A stretch of 64,000 nt of DNA from an uncultured Nitrososphaerota archaeon (GTDB lineage: Archaea; Thermoproteota; Nitrososphaeria; Nitrososphaerales; Nitrosopumilaceae): positions 1,408,001 to 1,472,000 of the forward strand of contig OY969559.1 in the NCBI GenBank assembly GCA_963701075.1, written 5' to 3'. The notes under the pieces were generated by a model, which did no database searches, was not told the origin of the DNA, and saw only the letters and a list, made by a program, of their open reading frames with translations. Shown one piece after another: positions 9,719 to 20,433 of this stretch. Made by a program: the position numbers and the translations under genes. Numbering within the stretch: the first letter of the stretch is position 1; every line of letters begins with the position of its first letter.

Positions 9719-10907
9719 ATGAAATCTGTCATCACAGTATTACTGATTTTTGTAGTTTTGATGGGTTCAATTGCAGGTGCACATGCGCAACAACCTCAAC
9801 TTGCAACATATCGCGAAACTGCCCAAGTCCTTGTTGATGAAAGAGTACAAAATCAGACTACAGCATTTATCACGCTAAGTAGTACTAGTCCTCTTGAAAT
9901 GCGCGTCCCTACTGCTCTAGACCAAAAAATTTCAAATGCTGCAAATGTTACATCCGTTGCGATAACTAATGCAAATTCATGTGTACTTGGAGTCACTGAC
10001 CAAATATGTGTTGTAATAACCATCTACTCACCATCATTGATAGAGAGCGTACAACATTACAAAAATACAAAGTACTTCTCAAGCAATTGGTGACACCTTG
10101 ATCAATGATATCAACAAGGCATTTTTGTTGGATGCGACCTTCAATTCAGCTTTTGTAAATCCCAAAGGAGAATTAAGTAGAGCTCTTGGTACCTCAGGAT
10201 CAGTATCTGGAAATAGAACAATTTCAGTTGTGTATACTGCACCACAACAAAAGTCCTCATATCTATTTGATCAATTGACATCAGTCCTTATGCCAACACA
10301 GATACGAGATGCAGGCGGATTTTACGATGTTGCAAAGAAAATGGCTGACTCTACCAATTCTACTGTCACTTTTGCAATAACTCCCACAACCAGCGGCCAG
10401 TCAATCTATCAATTACAAGTATCAGCACAGACACCAAACAAAGGCGAAGTAACATCCATTAGTCCCCTGGATCTTTTTGGCGTCAGTACACTAAGTAGAT
10501 CATCATATTTTAGCGGAGGCTTCTTTCCACTCAATTCCCTCTTTGAGATCTCAATTATATCAAATAATTATACTACCATAACAAATCACGGGGGAGACAT
10601 CACTCCAACGACATTCCGAAACGGTCAGAAGATTCCATCAGACCTCACACAACCAGGCTGGATATTTGAACCTGATTCAGGGCAGCAAATTACTGGGATT
10701 TACCTTTTTGGAACAACAACATCTGTATCAAGCGATGACTTGACACTTACATTAGGATCAGGCAGTACATCTCAGCCTAACCAGTCATTAACAAATTCTA
10801 GTACAACCAATACCACTCAGACAGGGCCAGACTATTCAACATATGCGCTAATAGGAATTGTAATAGCAGGTGGCGCCGCAGTCTATCTTTTCATGAAAAG
10901 AAGATAA
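9719..10907 (+). CDS. secreted, C-terminally membrane-anchored protein; +1 frameshift at ~10049 joins two ORFs
   Basis: Signal peptide in 9719..10093; S/T linker + TM + KRR tail in 10098..10907; removing G10049 fuses the frames (IESYNITKIQSTSQAIGDTLIND). Confidence 0.8.
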
Positions 10908-10911
10908 TAAC

Positions 10912-11463
10912 CTAGAGTATCAAAACAGCAGCTGAAAAGACCGTTGTCCATCTGCCCTGTGGATCTCCGACAGCACTCTGAGTTATGTTTCTTGTTTTGT
11001 ATATTTGGCCTGATATTTTCCACTGTTGCTTTTTTTCATCCCAACTCTTGTTTACGTCAAATTCTATCCCCAGTGAGGATGCCAGCATCTGAGCTGCAAT
11101 GTCTTCTGCATATTCTCCGGCTTCCTTTTCTGTTTCACCAAATGAGTGATATTCAGAGAGATACCCGTACTTTGTATTGTCCTTAGGCGCTGCAATTCCT
11201 ACTGATGAAGCCAAAAGCCTATGCGGCTCATTGGTGTCATTTCTTGCATAGATTACAAACTGTACGCTTCCTGGCCTTATCAATTTAAGACCCTCTGCTT
11301 TGGAGACCAGTTTTGCACCAGGTGGAAAAATACTTGAAATTAGGACAATATTAGTGCCTGCAATTCCAGCATCACGTAATGCATACTCAAAGCTTGTCAG
11401 CCTATCAGGATGTACTCCCTTACCTCTGGTAAGGAATAGCTTTTTTGCAACAAGGTCTAACAC
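10912..11463 (-). CDS. pdaD: pyruvoyl-dependent arginine decarboxylase
   Basis: TSFEYALRDAGIAGTNIVLISSIFPP (SS cleavage site), YGYLSEYH. Confidence 0.92.
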   Translation of the reverse strand: MLDLVAKKLFLTRGKGVHPDRLTSFEYALRDAGIAGTNIVLISSIFPPGAKLVSKAEGLKLIRPGSVQFVIYARNDTNEPHRLLASSVGIAAPKDNTKYGYLSEYHSFGETEKEAGEYAEDIAAQMLASSLGIEFDVNKSWDEKKQQWKISGQIYKTRNITQSAVGDPQGRWTTVFSAAVLIL

Positions 11464-11514
11464 GATTCCATTCTAATTTCAGATCTTTAAAAATTTATTG
11501 AAAACAAGGAAAAA

Positions 11515-11973
11515 TCAATTCATGGACTGTAATGCCTGTATGATTTCTTGTCCATGCGACTCTACATCTACATCCCGAAATATCTTGGCGATTTTTCCGT
11601 CTTTATCTATGATAAAGGTGGACCTCTTCGCAAGTCCTGCCAAATTCAGTCCAGCATAGATCTTGCATGTAGACTTGGCAGTATCACTCAGATGCAAATA
11701 GGGAACCTTGTATTCGTTGACAAACTTCTGCTGGTCTTCAACTGTGTCTATCGATATTGCAAAAAGCTCAGCATTTTGTTCTACAATCTTAGGATAAGCA
11801 CGTATGGTGGCTTCAGCCATCTGGAAGATTTTCTTTGATGGGCAGGCAAATAGATGGTTTTTTGGGTAAAAACAGAGTACAACGTTTTTTCTTCCTTGAA
11901 AAGAGCCTAGTTTTATAACATTACCATCATTTGCAACAAGTTCAAAATCAGGCGCAGAATCTCCTTCTTTCAC
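11515..11973 (-). CDS. peroxiredoxin (BCP/AhpC-TSA family)
   Basis: [26 protein letters not shown]. Confidence 0.88.
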   Translation of the reverse strand: MKEGDSAPDFELVANDGNVIKLGSFQGRKNVVLCFYPKNHLFACPSKKIFQMAEATIRAYPKIVEQNAELFAISIDTVEDQQKFVNEYKVPYLHLSDTAKSTCKIYAGLNLAGLAKRSTFIIDKDGKIAKIFRDVDVESHGQEIIQALQSMN

Positions 11974-12031
11974 ACATATGGTTTTACATTATAGGTTTAT
12001 GACTATTTTGTATTTGGATAAAATATGAAAC

Positions 12032-12574
12032 CTAGATTAGATATGACTTTTTGAAGGTCTTTTGATAGAGTTTTACTGCTCCGATCACGACCTTTTTTGC
12101 ACTTTCAACGTTCTTCCAGCCTACGATCTCTACTTTTTTTCCCTCTAGTTGTTTGTAAACCTGAAAGAAGTGAGCTATTTCCTTTAGGTGATGTTTTTCT
12201 AGATCAGAGATATCTTTCAGGCCAGCATATCTTGGATCATCTTTTGCTACGCAGAGAATCTTGTTGTCCATCTGGTTTGAATCTTTCATTCGCAGCAAAC
12301 CAATCGGTCTTGCCTCTATTAGGATTCCAGGATAAGTAGGATTTGTAACTAAAACTAGTGCGTCCAGTGGATCACCGTCTTCAGCATAAGTTTGTGGAAT
12401 GATACCATAGTCTCCAGGATAATATAACGGGGAAAAAAGAACTCTGTCTAGTTTGATAATGCCATTTTTTTTATCATACTCATACTTGTTCTGCGAACCT
12501 TTCGGTATCTCCACTATTACATTTAGAATTGACGGGATTTTTGGACCTGTTTCAATATCATGCCACAAATCCAT
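12032..12574 (-). CDS. ppa: inorganic pyrophosphatase (family I)
   Basis: EIPKGSQNKYEYD, DGDPLDA signature. Confidence 0.97.
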   Translation of the reverse strand: MDLWHDIETGPKIPSILNVIVEIPKGSQNKYEYDKKNGIIKLDRVLFSPLYYPGDYGIIPQTYAEDGDPLDALVLVTNPTYPGILIEARPIGLLRMKDSNQMDNKILCVAKDDPRYAGLKDISDLEKHHLKEIAHFFQVYKQLEGKKVEIVGWKNVESAKKVVIGAVKLYQKTFKKSYLI

Positions 12575-12802
12575 AATGAATACTTTCAGAAAAAAAGCCT
12601 AATTTAATTGCCATCTAGCAAAAATGGGCTTTGGTATCATCAATCTTTTTTTTGACTTTTCAATTCATGGCCATTATTTTTAGTCATTAGATCTCAAATT
12701 TGAGATAAAATATATCACCTATTAAAAAATATTCAAATAATTACGCAGTATCAAATCAGAGAATACAAATAAGAAAGAATTCAACGTGATTTGAGATAGA
12801 AT

Positions 12803-13846
12803 ATGAAAGCAGCATATGTAAAAGGACCATCAAATGTGGAGATCAAAAATGTTGAGAGGCCACAAATAGGATATAATGACATCATAGTAACGATGAGATC
12901 TTGCGGGGTATGCGGATCAGATCTGGAAAAAATCTATGGTCAATACAGTCAGCCTTCCATGAGGCTTGGGCATGAGCCATCAGGAATAGTCTCCGAGACA
13001 GGATCCAACGTGAAAGAATTCAAAAAAGGAGATAGAGTTTTTGTACATCATCATGTACCATGTTACTCTTGTCACTTTTGCTTACATGGAAATGAAACAA
13101 TGTGTCAAAAGTATTCCGAAACAAATCTTAGTCCATGTGGTCTTGCAGAGGAATTTCTTGTCCCAGACTGGAATGTTTCCCATGGCGGAGTGATAAAGTT
13201 ACCAGACCATGTTAGCTTCGACGAGGCTTCTATGATAGAACCACTTGCGTGTTGTGTTAGAGCATGGAGTAAAATCAAATTCAAGCAAGGAGACTCGGTT
13301 GCAATTCTTGGTGCAGGGCCTACTGGTATGATGCATGTAATGTTAAGCAAGATTTTTGGTATGAAAGATATTTTTTGTTTTGATATAAACAACTTTAGAT
13401 TAAGTTTTGCCAAGCAATTTGGAATAACAGAATCTATTCTTTCTACGGATCCTAATGCACATCAAAAAATTCTTGCCAGTACACAGAATAGAGGAGTAGA
13501 CGTCGTAATAGTGTCAACAGGAAGCCTAAACGCTATTGCACAGTCGATAGAGATTGTCAGAAAAGGCGGAACCGTTGTCCTTTTCGGAGTACCATCAAAA
13601 GATGCAAAGATGTCTATAGATATCAGCAAAGTATACTCAAAGGAGATTACCATAACACCAAGTTATGCAGCATCTGAGACTGATACAAATGTGGCATTCA
13701 AACTAATAGAAGAAAAAAAAATAGATGTGAGTAAATTGATTACACATAGATTCGATCTTTCCGAATCCGCAAAAGCACTTGAATGCGCTCACCTGGGAAA
13801 TGACTCAATGAAGATAATTGTAACAAATTCAGAAAGGCTTAACTAA
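12803..13846 (+). CDS. zinc-dependent alcohol/polyol dehydrogenase (MDR family)
   Basis: CGVCGSD, GHE, CxxCxxC..C structural Zn site, GAGPTG. Confidence 0.92.
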   Translation: MKAAYVKGPSNVEIKNVERPQIGYNDIIVTMRSCGVCGSDLEKIYGQYSQPSMRLGHEPSGIVSETGSNVKEFKKGDRVFVHHHVPCYSCHFCLHGNETMCQKYSETNLSPCGLAEEFLVPDWNVSHGGVIKLPDHVSFDEASMIEPLACCVRAWSKIKFKQGDSVAILGAGPTGMMHVMLSKIFGMKDIFCFDINNFRLSFAKQFGITESILSTDPNAHQKILASTQNRGVDVVIVSTGSLNAIAQSIEIVRKGGTVVLFGVPSKDAKMSIDISKVYSKEITITPSYAASETDTNVAFKLIEEKKIDVSKLITHRFDLSESAKALECAHLGNDSMKIIVTNSERLN

Positions 13847-13868
13847 GGCAAATTTTTTGGAAGAAGAT

Positions 13869-14702
13869 ATGGACTGGGGATTAAAAAATCGCCTTGCGCG
13901 GATAATAAAACCTCATGACAAACGAGGAGTAATGTTGGCAGTAGACCATGGTTATTTCCTAGGTCCTACAGAAAGACTCGAGGAGCCAAGAAAGACCATT
14001 GCTCCATTGTTGCCTCATGCAGACTCGTTAATGCTAACACGTGGTGTTCTAAGAACATCGGTAGATGCTACATATCCAGTACCAGTAGTGCTCAGAGTTT
14101 CAGGTGGCTCTAGCATAATTGGCAAGGATTTGTCAAATGAAAAGATAACAACATCGATAAAAGACGCAATCAAGTTGAATGTATCAGCACTTGCAATGTC
14201 AATATTTGTAGGTGCCCCCCACGAACATGAATCTCTTGTAAGCCTTGGCAATTTAGTAAACGAAGGCGAAGAGTATGGAATACCAGTTCTTGCAGTTACT
14301 GCTGTAGGAAAAGAATTAGAAAAGCGAGACGCTCGATATTTGGGGCTTGCATGTAGAATAGCTGCTGAATTCGGAGCACATTTAGTTAAGACATATTATT
14401 GCGAGAATTTTGATAAAGTTGTAAGGGCTTGTCCTGTGCCAGTGATAATTGCAGGAGGACCAAAATTAGCAACAGAATTAGATGCGCTAAAACTTACTTT
14501 TGACGCCATACAATCAGGCGCTGCAGGAGTAGACATGGGAAGAAACATTTGGCAATCAGATTACCCGGTTGCAATGATTAAAGCTGTAAAAGCAATTGTA
14601 CATCAAAATGCAACAGTAAAGGAAGCCCATGAAATGTTCAATATGCTAAAGGGAACCAAAAAACCAGTTAAACCGGTCATTAGATCTAATCAGAAATCTT
14701 AG
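13869..14702 (+). CDS. lsrF: LsrF-like class I aldolase/thiolase (DhnA family)
   Basis: MDWGLKNRL, AVDHGYFLGP, VKTYY, IAGGPK, GVDMGRNIWQ. Confidence 0.85.
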   Translation: MDWGLKNRLARIIKPHDKRGVMLAVDHGYFLGPTERLEEPRKTIAPLLPHADSLMLTRGVLRTSVDATYPVPVVLRVSGGSSIIGKDLSNEKITTSIKDAIKLNVSALAMSIFVGAPHEHESLVSLGNLVNEGEEYGIPVLAVTAVGKELEKRDARYLGLACRIAAEFGAHLVKTYYCENFDKVVRACPVPVIIAGGPKLATELDALKLTFDAIQSGAAGVDMGRNIWQSDYPVAMIKAVKAIVHQNATVKEAHEMFNMLKGTKKPVKPVIRSNQKS

Positions 14703-15138
14703 ACAAGTGCACGTGTACAATCTTCCATTTTTGTGACTTGACTAGAACAAATGTTCCTCTGCTATCCATTGATAGATGTTGGCCTCTAAAGCTATAATTA
14801 TCGACTATCATTCCTGTTTGTCTTATAGTAAAAGTTACCACCGCGCAGTTATCAAATATGTCCACTCGTGTATTTTTAATTTCATGTTCATAGTCAGATA
14901 TACTGACAAATCTTAGCTGCTGCAATGCAATAGTAGTAGCATAGTCTTTCAAGTCAAATGGAGGAACATCGCCATAACTTGAAAATCTCGGATCATCAAG
15001 CTGGATTGCACTTAGGGGAGCCAAGTTCTTTGTTTTACCAGAATCAAAGAAAGTTGCAATTACGTCTATTATCTCGTCTTTGTCTCCCAAAATCGATCTT
15101 GATTGAGATAATTCTAGTTTAAGTCTTGTGAAACGCAA
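14686..15138 (-). CDS. NTF2/SnoaL-like domain protein
   Basis: C-terminal RGTFVLVK..WKIVHVHLS typical of the SnoaL_3/DUF4440 fold. Confidence 0.7.
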   Translation of the reverse strand: MRFTRLKLELSQSRSILGDKDEIIDVIATFFDSGKTKNLAPLSAIQLDDPRFSSYGDVPPFDLKDYATTIALQQLRFVSISDYEHEIKNTRVDIFDNCAVVTFTIRQTGMIVDNYSFRGQHLSMDSRGTFVLVKSQKWKIVHVHLSKISD

Positions 15139-15258
15139 GTCAAATCTGTCTCTGGTATTGAAATATTCACGGGGCGATAGCGCGTTTTCTAATAATTTTG
15201 TTCAATTTCACTAGTAATATTTATAAATTATTTCATATGAAAAATCATAGGGACTAAA

Positions 15259-15342
15259 ATGAAGTTAGGAGGCTCGGCAAGCATTTCTGGTATTCTGCTG
15301 CTAGTCGACCTTATGCTGTAGGCTACAGCAAGTTAGTCGGAG
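15259..15342 (+). promoter_or_regulatory. putative ilv-leu leader peptide (15259..15321) with SD-occluding hairpin
   Basis: MKLGGSASISGILLLVDLML* (9 of 20 residues L/I/V). Hairpin TGCTGTA/TACAGCA over the stop codon, extended by CGAC/GTCG into the GGAG at 15339-15342. TTTATAAA box at ~15220-15227. Confidence 0.6.
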
Positions 15343-15353
15343 TTAGAAAAATT

Positions 15354-17042
15354 ATGGAAAAAATGTCAGGTGCTAGATCTTTAATGGTTGCCCTCGAGAA
15401 AGAGGGTGCAAACATAGTCTTTGGACTACCCGGAGGAGCAAATCTTCCAATTTACGATGAGCTCTACAAGAGCAACATCAGACACATTCTTGTTCGACAT
15501 GAACAATCTGCATCACATATGGCAGACGGTTTTGGCAGAGTCAGCAGAAGACCAGGAGTATGTTTTGCAACTTCAGGCCCAGGGGCAACAAATATTGTAA
15601 CAGGCATTGCAACTGCTCAGGCAGATTCGTCCCCAATGATTGCAATTACTGGACAAGTTCCAACAAAAATGATTGGAAGAGACGCTTTTCAGGAAAGCGA
15701 CATAATTGGAATTTCAAATCCCATAGTAAAATATGCATTTCAACCCATGACAGCAGCAGAAGTTCCCGAAGTAGTAAAAAAGGCATTTTACATTTCATCC
15801 ACCGGCAGACCAGGTCCAGTGCTAATTGACATTCCAAAAGATGTTCAACAAAACGAAGCAGAGATTACATTTCCTTCAGAAGTAAAGATAAGAGGATATC
15901 ATCCATGGGTAGATCCCGACATTAGAGAAATCGAGCGAGCCATAGATATGTTACTTGCTTCTGAAAAGCCAGTAATCTTGGCAGGAGGCGGAGTGATAAT
16001 TTCAGGAGCTTTTGCAGAACTTCAATCAATAGCAGAATTACTCATGATTCCAGTAGTAACAACATTCAAAGGAAAAGGTTCGTTTCCAGAAAATCACCCT
16101 CTTTCCCTAGGACCCATAGGAATGCACGGTCATGCAGAAGCTAACAAGATCATGGTAGAAGCTGATTGCGTGCTTGCATGTGGTTCTAGGTTTTCAGATA
16201 GATCTGTTGGAACGTTTGAAGAATTTGAAAGAAATCTTAAGATAATACACATGGATGTAGACCCAGCCGAGATAGGAAAGAACCAGACTACTCACATAGC
16301 AGTAGTAGGTGACATAAAGGCCTCCCTTAGGATAATGGTAAAAATGCTAATCCAGAAAGCCATCAAGCGGGCCGGAGACAATCCATGGCTAAAACGTGTC
16401 AATGAGACAAGAGAATACTTTAGACAGAATCTAAAACTTCATTCACACCCATTAGGAGCTGCAAAGGTTCTAAGAAAATTAAGAGAAGTGCTTCCCCCGC
16501 AATCAATTGTAACAACTGAAGTAGGCCAACATCAGATGTGGGCATCGTTATTTTTTGATGTAATACATCCTGGAACTTTCTTTAGTTCCACCGGTCTTGG
16601 CACAATGGGGTGGGGATTTCCAGCTGCGATTGGTGCCAAAGCTGCAAGACCAGATGTTCCAGTAGTGGATATAGCAGGAGAGGGAAGTTTCAACATGACT
16701 GAAAATTCACTTGCGGTCTCAGTTCTAGATGACTTGCCTGTGATAGTATTTTTGTTAAACAACTTTTCACTTGGAATGGTTGCCCAGTGGCAGAGAACAT
16801 TCTACGACAGACGCATGATTGGAATAGACCTTAAAAATTGTCCAGACTATGTCAAGTCAGCTGAATCTTACGGAGCTCAGGGCATAAGAGCCCAAAGCAT
16901 AGACGAGATTGGAAAGGCAGTTCAGACAGCGCTTAAAAGCAATATAGCGACAGTCATAGACATTCCAATTGATCCTCAAGAGGACGTCTTACCATTTGTT
17001 GCTCCTGGAACATCTCTCAAAGACATGATTTTACCATCCTAG
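15354..17042 (+). CDS. ilvB: acetolactate synthase large subunit
   Basis: FGLPGGA, RHEQ, TSGPGATN, GQHQMW, GLGTMG, ThDP motif GEGSF..NN. Confidence 0.96.
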   Translation: MEKMSGARSLMVALEKEGANIVFGLPGGANLPIYDELYKSNIRHILVRHEQSASHMADGFGRVSRRPGVCFATSGPGATNIVTGIATAQADSSPMIAITGQVPTKMIGRDAFQESDIIGISNPIVKYAFQPMTAAEVPEVVKKAFYISSTGRPGPVLIDIPKDVQQNEAEITFPSEVKIRGYHPWVDPDIREIERAIDMLLASEKPVILAGGGVIISGAFAELQSIAELLMIPVVTTFKGKGSFPENHPLSLGPIGMHGHAEANKIMVEADCVLACGSRFSDRSVGTFEEFERNLKIIHMDVDPAEIGKNQTTHIAVVGDIKASLRIMVKMLIQKAIKRAGDNPWLKRVNETREYFRQNLKLHSHPLGAAKVLRKLREVLPPQSIVTTEVGQHQMWASLFFDVIHPGTFFSSTGLGTMGWGFPAAIGAKAARPDVPVVDIAGEGSFNMTENSLAVSVLDDLPVIVFLLNNFSLGMVAQWQRTFYDRRMIGIDLKNCPDYVKSAESYGAQGIRAQSIDEIGKAVQTALKSNIATVIDIPIDPQEDVLPFVAPGTSLKDMILPS

Positions 17043-17050
17043 TGATACCC

Positions 17051-17542
17051 ATGTGGTCTATAATTTCCGTACTTGTAGAAAATAAACCCGGAGTACTATT
17101 CAAAGTCACTAATCTCTTCAGATCAAGAAATTACAACATAGATAGCATATCTGTTGGCATAACAGAGAATCCAGAGTTTTCCAGGATGACCATCACAACA
17201 TCAGCTGACGAGAAACAACTCAATCAAATAATCAAACAACTTGACAAGATGATAGATACTGTAGAGGTAAAACTATTAGATGAGAAAAAGAGCATATACC
17301 GCGAACTGGTATTAATGAAGATAAAAATAACAAAACCATCAGACATAATGGAAGTAACTGATCTTGCAAATGCTTTCAAATGTAATGTTCACGATGTACG
17401 AAAATCATCAATTATTGTTGAAATTACAGCAACTCCTGACAGGATCAATGCATTTGAAGATCTTGTGAGAGGATATGGCATACTTGAGATAGCAAGAACC
17501 GGAATGTGTGCACTTGAGAGAGGAGTAGGCAATGAAAGTTAG
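17051..17542 (+). CDS. ilvH: acetolactate synthase small (regulatory) subunit
   Basis: ACT domain SVLVENKPGVL...RNYNIDS, EIARTG. Confidence 0.95.
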   Translation: MWSIISVLVENKPGVLFKVTNLFRSRNYNIDSISVGITENPEFSRMTITTSADEKQLNQIIKQLDKMIDTVEVKLLDEKKSIYRELVLMKIKITKPSDIMEVTDLANAFKCNVHDVRKSSIIVEITATPDRINAFEDLVRGYGILEIARTGMCALERGVGNES

Positions 17543-19050
17543 AATTTTTGATACCACTTTAAGAGACGGCGAACAAACGCCGGGCATTGCTCTAACCCCA
17601 GAGCAAAAACTTGCAATTGCTCAAAAGTTAGATGAATTGGGTGTGGATGCAATAGAAGCAGGCTTTCCAATAATCTCCGATGGCGAAAGAAAAGCAGTAA
17701 AGGACATAGCTCATGCGGGCCTTAAAGCAGAGATTTGCGGTTTGGCAAGAACTGAAAAAAAAGACATTGATGCTGCAGTAGCAGCCGGGTTAAAATACAT
17801 ACACACATTCATTGCAACGTCTGACATTCACCTAAAATACAAACTCAAACTCACACGTGAACAGGCAGTTGCAAAAGCAGTGGAAGCAGTAGAGTATGCA
17901 AAATCACTTGGATTGCAAGTGGAATTTTCTGCAGAAGATGCAACCAGAACTGATAGAGAATTCCTCAAAAAAGTTTTCAGAGCAGTTACAGAGGCCGGCA
18001 CTGACAGAATAGACATACCAGACACTGTTGGCTATTCAACCCCCCAATATATCGCCGAGATTACAAAGGATACAATAGATGCCACTCATTTGCCCGTCAG
18101 CGTTCATTGCCACAATGACTTTGGATTAGCTGTAGCAAATGCGATATCTGCAATTCAAGCAGGTGCACAGTGTGCACATGTTACAATAAATGGCATTGGA
18201 GAGAGAGCTGGCAATGCTTCACTTGAAGAATTTGTCATGGCACTACAATGTCTACAATTTGACAAAAAGTTTGAGACAAATATCAATACCAAGCTTCTCT
18301 ATGAGACATCACGCTACGTTTCAAAAATTGTTGGAGTTCAAGTCCAACCAAACAAGGCCATAGTTGGAGAAAATGCCTTTGGACATGAATCTGGAATTCA
18401 CACACATGGTGTATTGAGTAACCCATTAACGTATGAGCCGATTAGCCCAGAACTTGTAGGTAGGACACGCTGGTTCCAGGTAGGAAAACACGCTGGGGCA
18501 CACGGTGTTGCTGCAATGTTAGAAGAATACGGCATTCAACCGTCAAAGGAGCAGACACATGAGATCCTAGAGAGGATCAAGAAATTGGGAGACCAAGGAA
18601 AACATGTAACAGATGTGGAGTTGCTATCAATATCAGGCGAAGTAATGCATCAGGAAGGATTGAAAAGACTAGTACACCTAACAGGATTTTCTGTGTCTAC
18701 TGGAATGGGCAATATGCCGTATGCATTTGTCAAGTTAAACATAGAGGGAAAAGACTTCATAGGAACAGATTATGGTGTTGGACCTGTAGATGCATCAATC
18801 AATGCAATACAAAAGATTACAGGCGAAATTGACAAAGTTAGGATAAAAGAATACAAGTCTAGATTCAATTTCTGGCGGATCAGAGGCGTTATGCGAAGTA
18901 ACAATCAAGGTAGAGGACGTATATGGAAACCAAGCTTCTGCAAAATCCATTGGTGAAGATATCGTAATCACCAGCGTTCAAGCCATGATTGAGGGCATAA
19001 ACAGAATAATGCTCAAAAAAATTCTCAAACAAAAAAACTTGGGACACTAG
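17532..19050 (+). CDS. leuA: 2-isopropylmalate synthase (LeuA/CimA family); +1 frameshift at ~18858, probably an error
   Basis: DTTLRDGEQ, HCHND, GIGERAGN, HESGIH, GPVDA. The regulatory domain continues LDSISGGSEALCEVT in another frame to TAG 19050. Confidence 0.9.
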
Positions 19051-20067
19051 ATGTATAAGATATCCCTCATAACTGGAGACGGCATAGGTCCTGAACTATC
19101 AGAATCTGTTACAGATATGCTACACGCTATAAGCGACAAGATTGGGTTAAAGTTAGAAATCAATACTGTTGAAGCCGGCGATGGTGCATTAAAAAAAACA
19201 GGCAAGGCGCTTCCTGATTCAACTTTTGATACAATAAAAAAATCTGATGCATGTCTAAAAGCCCCAGTAGGAGAAAGTGCGGCAGATGTGATTGTGTTTC
19301 TACGAAGAGCATTGGATCTTTATGCCAACATAAGACCGGCAAAATCATATCCCAACATGCCATCCCTTAAAGAAAACATTGATCTGGTCATAGTAAGAGA
19401 AAACACAGAAGATCTCTACACAGGAATGGAGTTCGATATTGGCAATTCTGCAGTTGCATTAAGAACCATATCTGAATACGCATCAAAACGCATTGCAAAA
19501 TACGCTTGTATTACTGCAGGCCAAAGAAATGGACAAAGAAAAGTAACTTGCGTTCACAAATCAAATGTTATGAGAAAAACAGATGGCCTTTTTGCAAGAT
19601 CATGTGCTCAGGTAGCAAATGAATTCCAAGATATCATGTTTGAACAGATGTATGTGGACGCATGTGCCATGAACCTCATAAGACAGCCAGAATCTTTTGA
19701 TGTCATAGTGACAACTAACTTGTTTGGAGACATCCTATCTGACGAAGCAGCCCAAGTGGTAGGTGGGCTTGGGATGGCACCAGCAGTGAACATAGGAGAC
19801 AGTTTTGCCTTGTTTGAGCCTGTTCACGGAGCAGCCTTTGACATTGCTGGAAAGCAGATTGCCAATCCATCTTCTTTTATCTTATCTGCAAAAATGATGT
19901 TTGAATGGCTAGGTATGAAAAACAACGACTCGGCATCTTTTGCAGTAGCAAAAAAGATAGAAGAAGCTGTCTATAGCGTTGTAAGCGAAGGTATCAAGAC
20001 AAAAGACATTGGTGGAGACAAAACCACCAAAGAGTTCACCCAACAGGTAATCTCAAAACTTATTTGA
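19051..20067 (+). CDS. leuB: 3-isopropylmalate (isocitrate/isopropylmalate family) dehydrogenase
   Basis: GDGIGPE, RENTED, NLFGDILSD, EPVHGAAFDIAGK; operon context. Confidence 0.88.
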   Translation: MYKISLITGDGIGPELSESVTDMLHAISDKIGLKLEINTVEAGDGALKKTGKALPDSTFDTIKKSDACLKAPVGESAADVIVFLRRALDLYANIRPAKSYPNMPSLKENIDLVIVRENTEDLYTGMEFDIGNSAVALRTISEYASKRIAKYACITAGQRNGQRKVTCVHKSNVMRKTDGLFARSCAQVANEFQDIMFEQMYVDACAMNLIRQPESFDVIVTTNLFGDILSDEAAQVVGGLGMAPAVNIGDSFALFEPVHGAAFDIAGKQIANPSSFILSAKMMFEWLGMKNNDSASFAVAKKIEEAVYSVVSEGIKTKDIGGDKTTKEFTQQVISKLI

Positions 20068-20401
20068 GATCTGATACTGGTGGCTCTCGTGACCAAAAGA
20101 ACATTGCAAAGCCAATCGGTATCATGATAGTTATTGCCACGCCAAAACACACCCAATAGAAAGTTGGATCAATTCCCTTGATTAGAGGTACTGGAAATAC
20201 AGTATATGCCCACACAAAGGCGATGAACCCTAGGATGACTTTATTTCGCTTAAAAACTCGCCATCCAAGTTTTCGTTTTGTGATATAGCATTTCTTGCAA
20301 CGTGTCCTGTCATCAGTCATACAAGAATTACAGCAATGCTTATCACAAAAGTAACATGTATGATCACCATAACCTGAGCCGCAAAAGTCACACTGTTGCA
20401 T
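20060..20401 (-). CDS. Cys-rich Zn-finger membrane protein, hypothetical
   Basis: Four CxxC-type pairs followed by two TM helices. Confidence 0.75.
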   Translation of the reverse strand: MQQCDFCGSGYGDHTCYFCDKHCCNSCMTDDRTRCKKCYITKRKLGWRVFKRNKVILGFIAFVWAYTVFPVPLIKGIDPTFYWVCFGVAITIMIPIGFAMFFWSREPPVSDLK

Positions 20402-20433
20402 AAATAATTGTCGTGAGGTCTGGATTTATCTTT

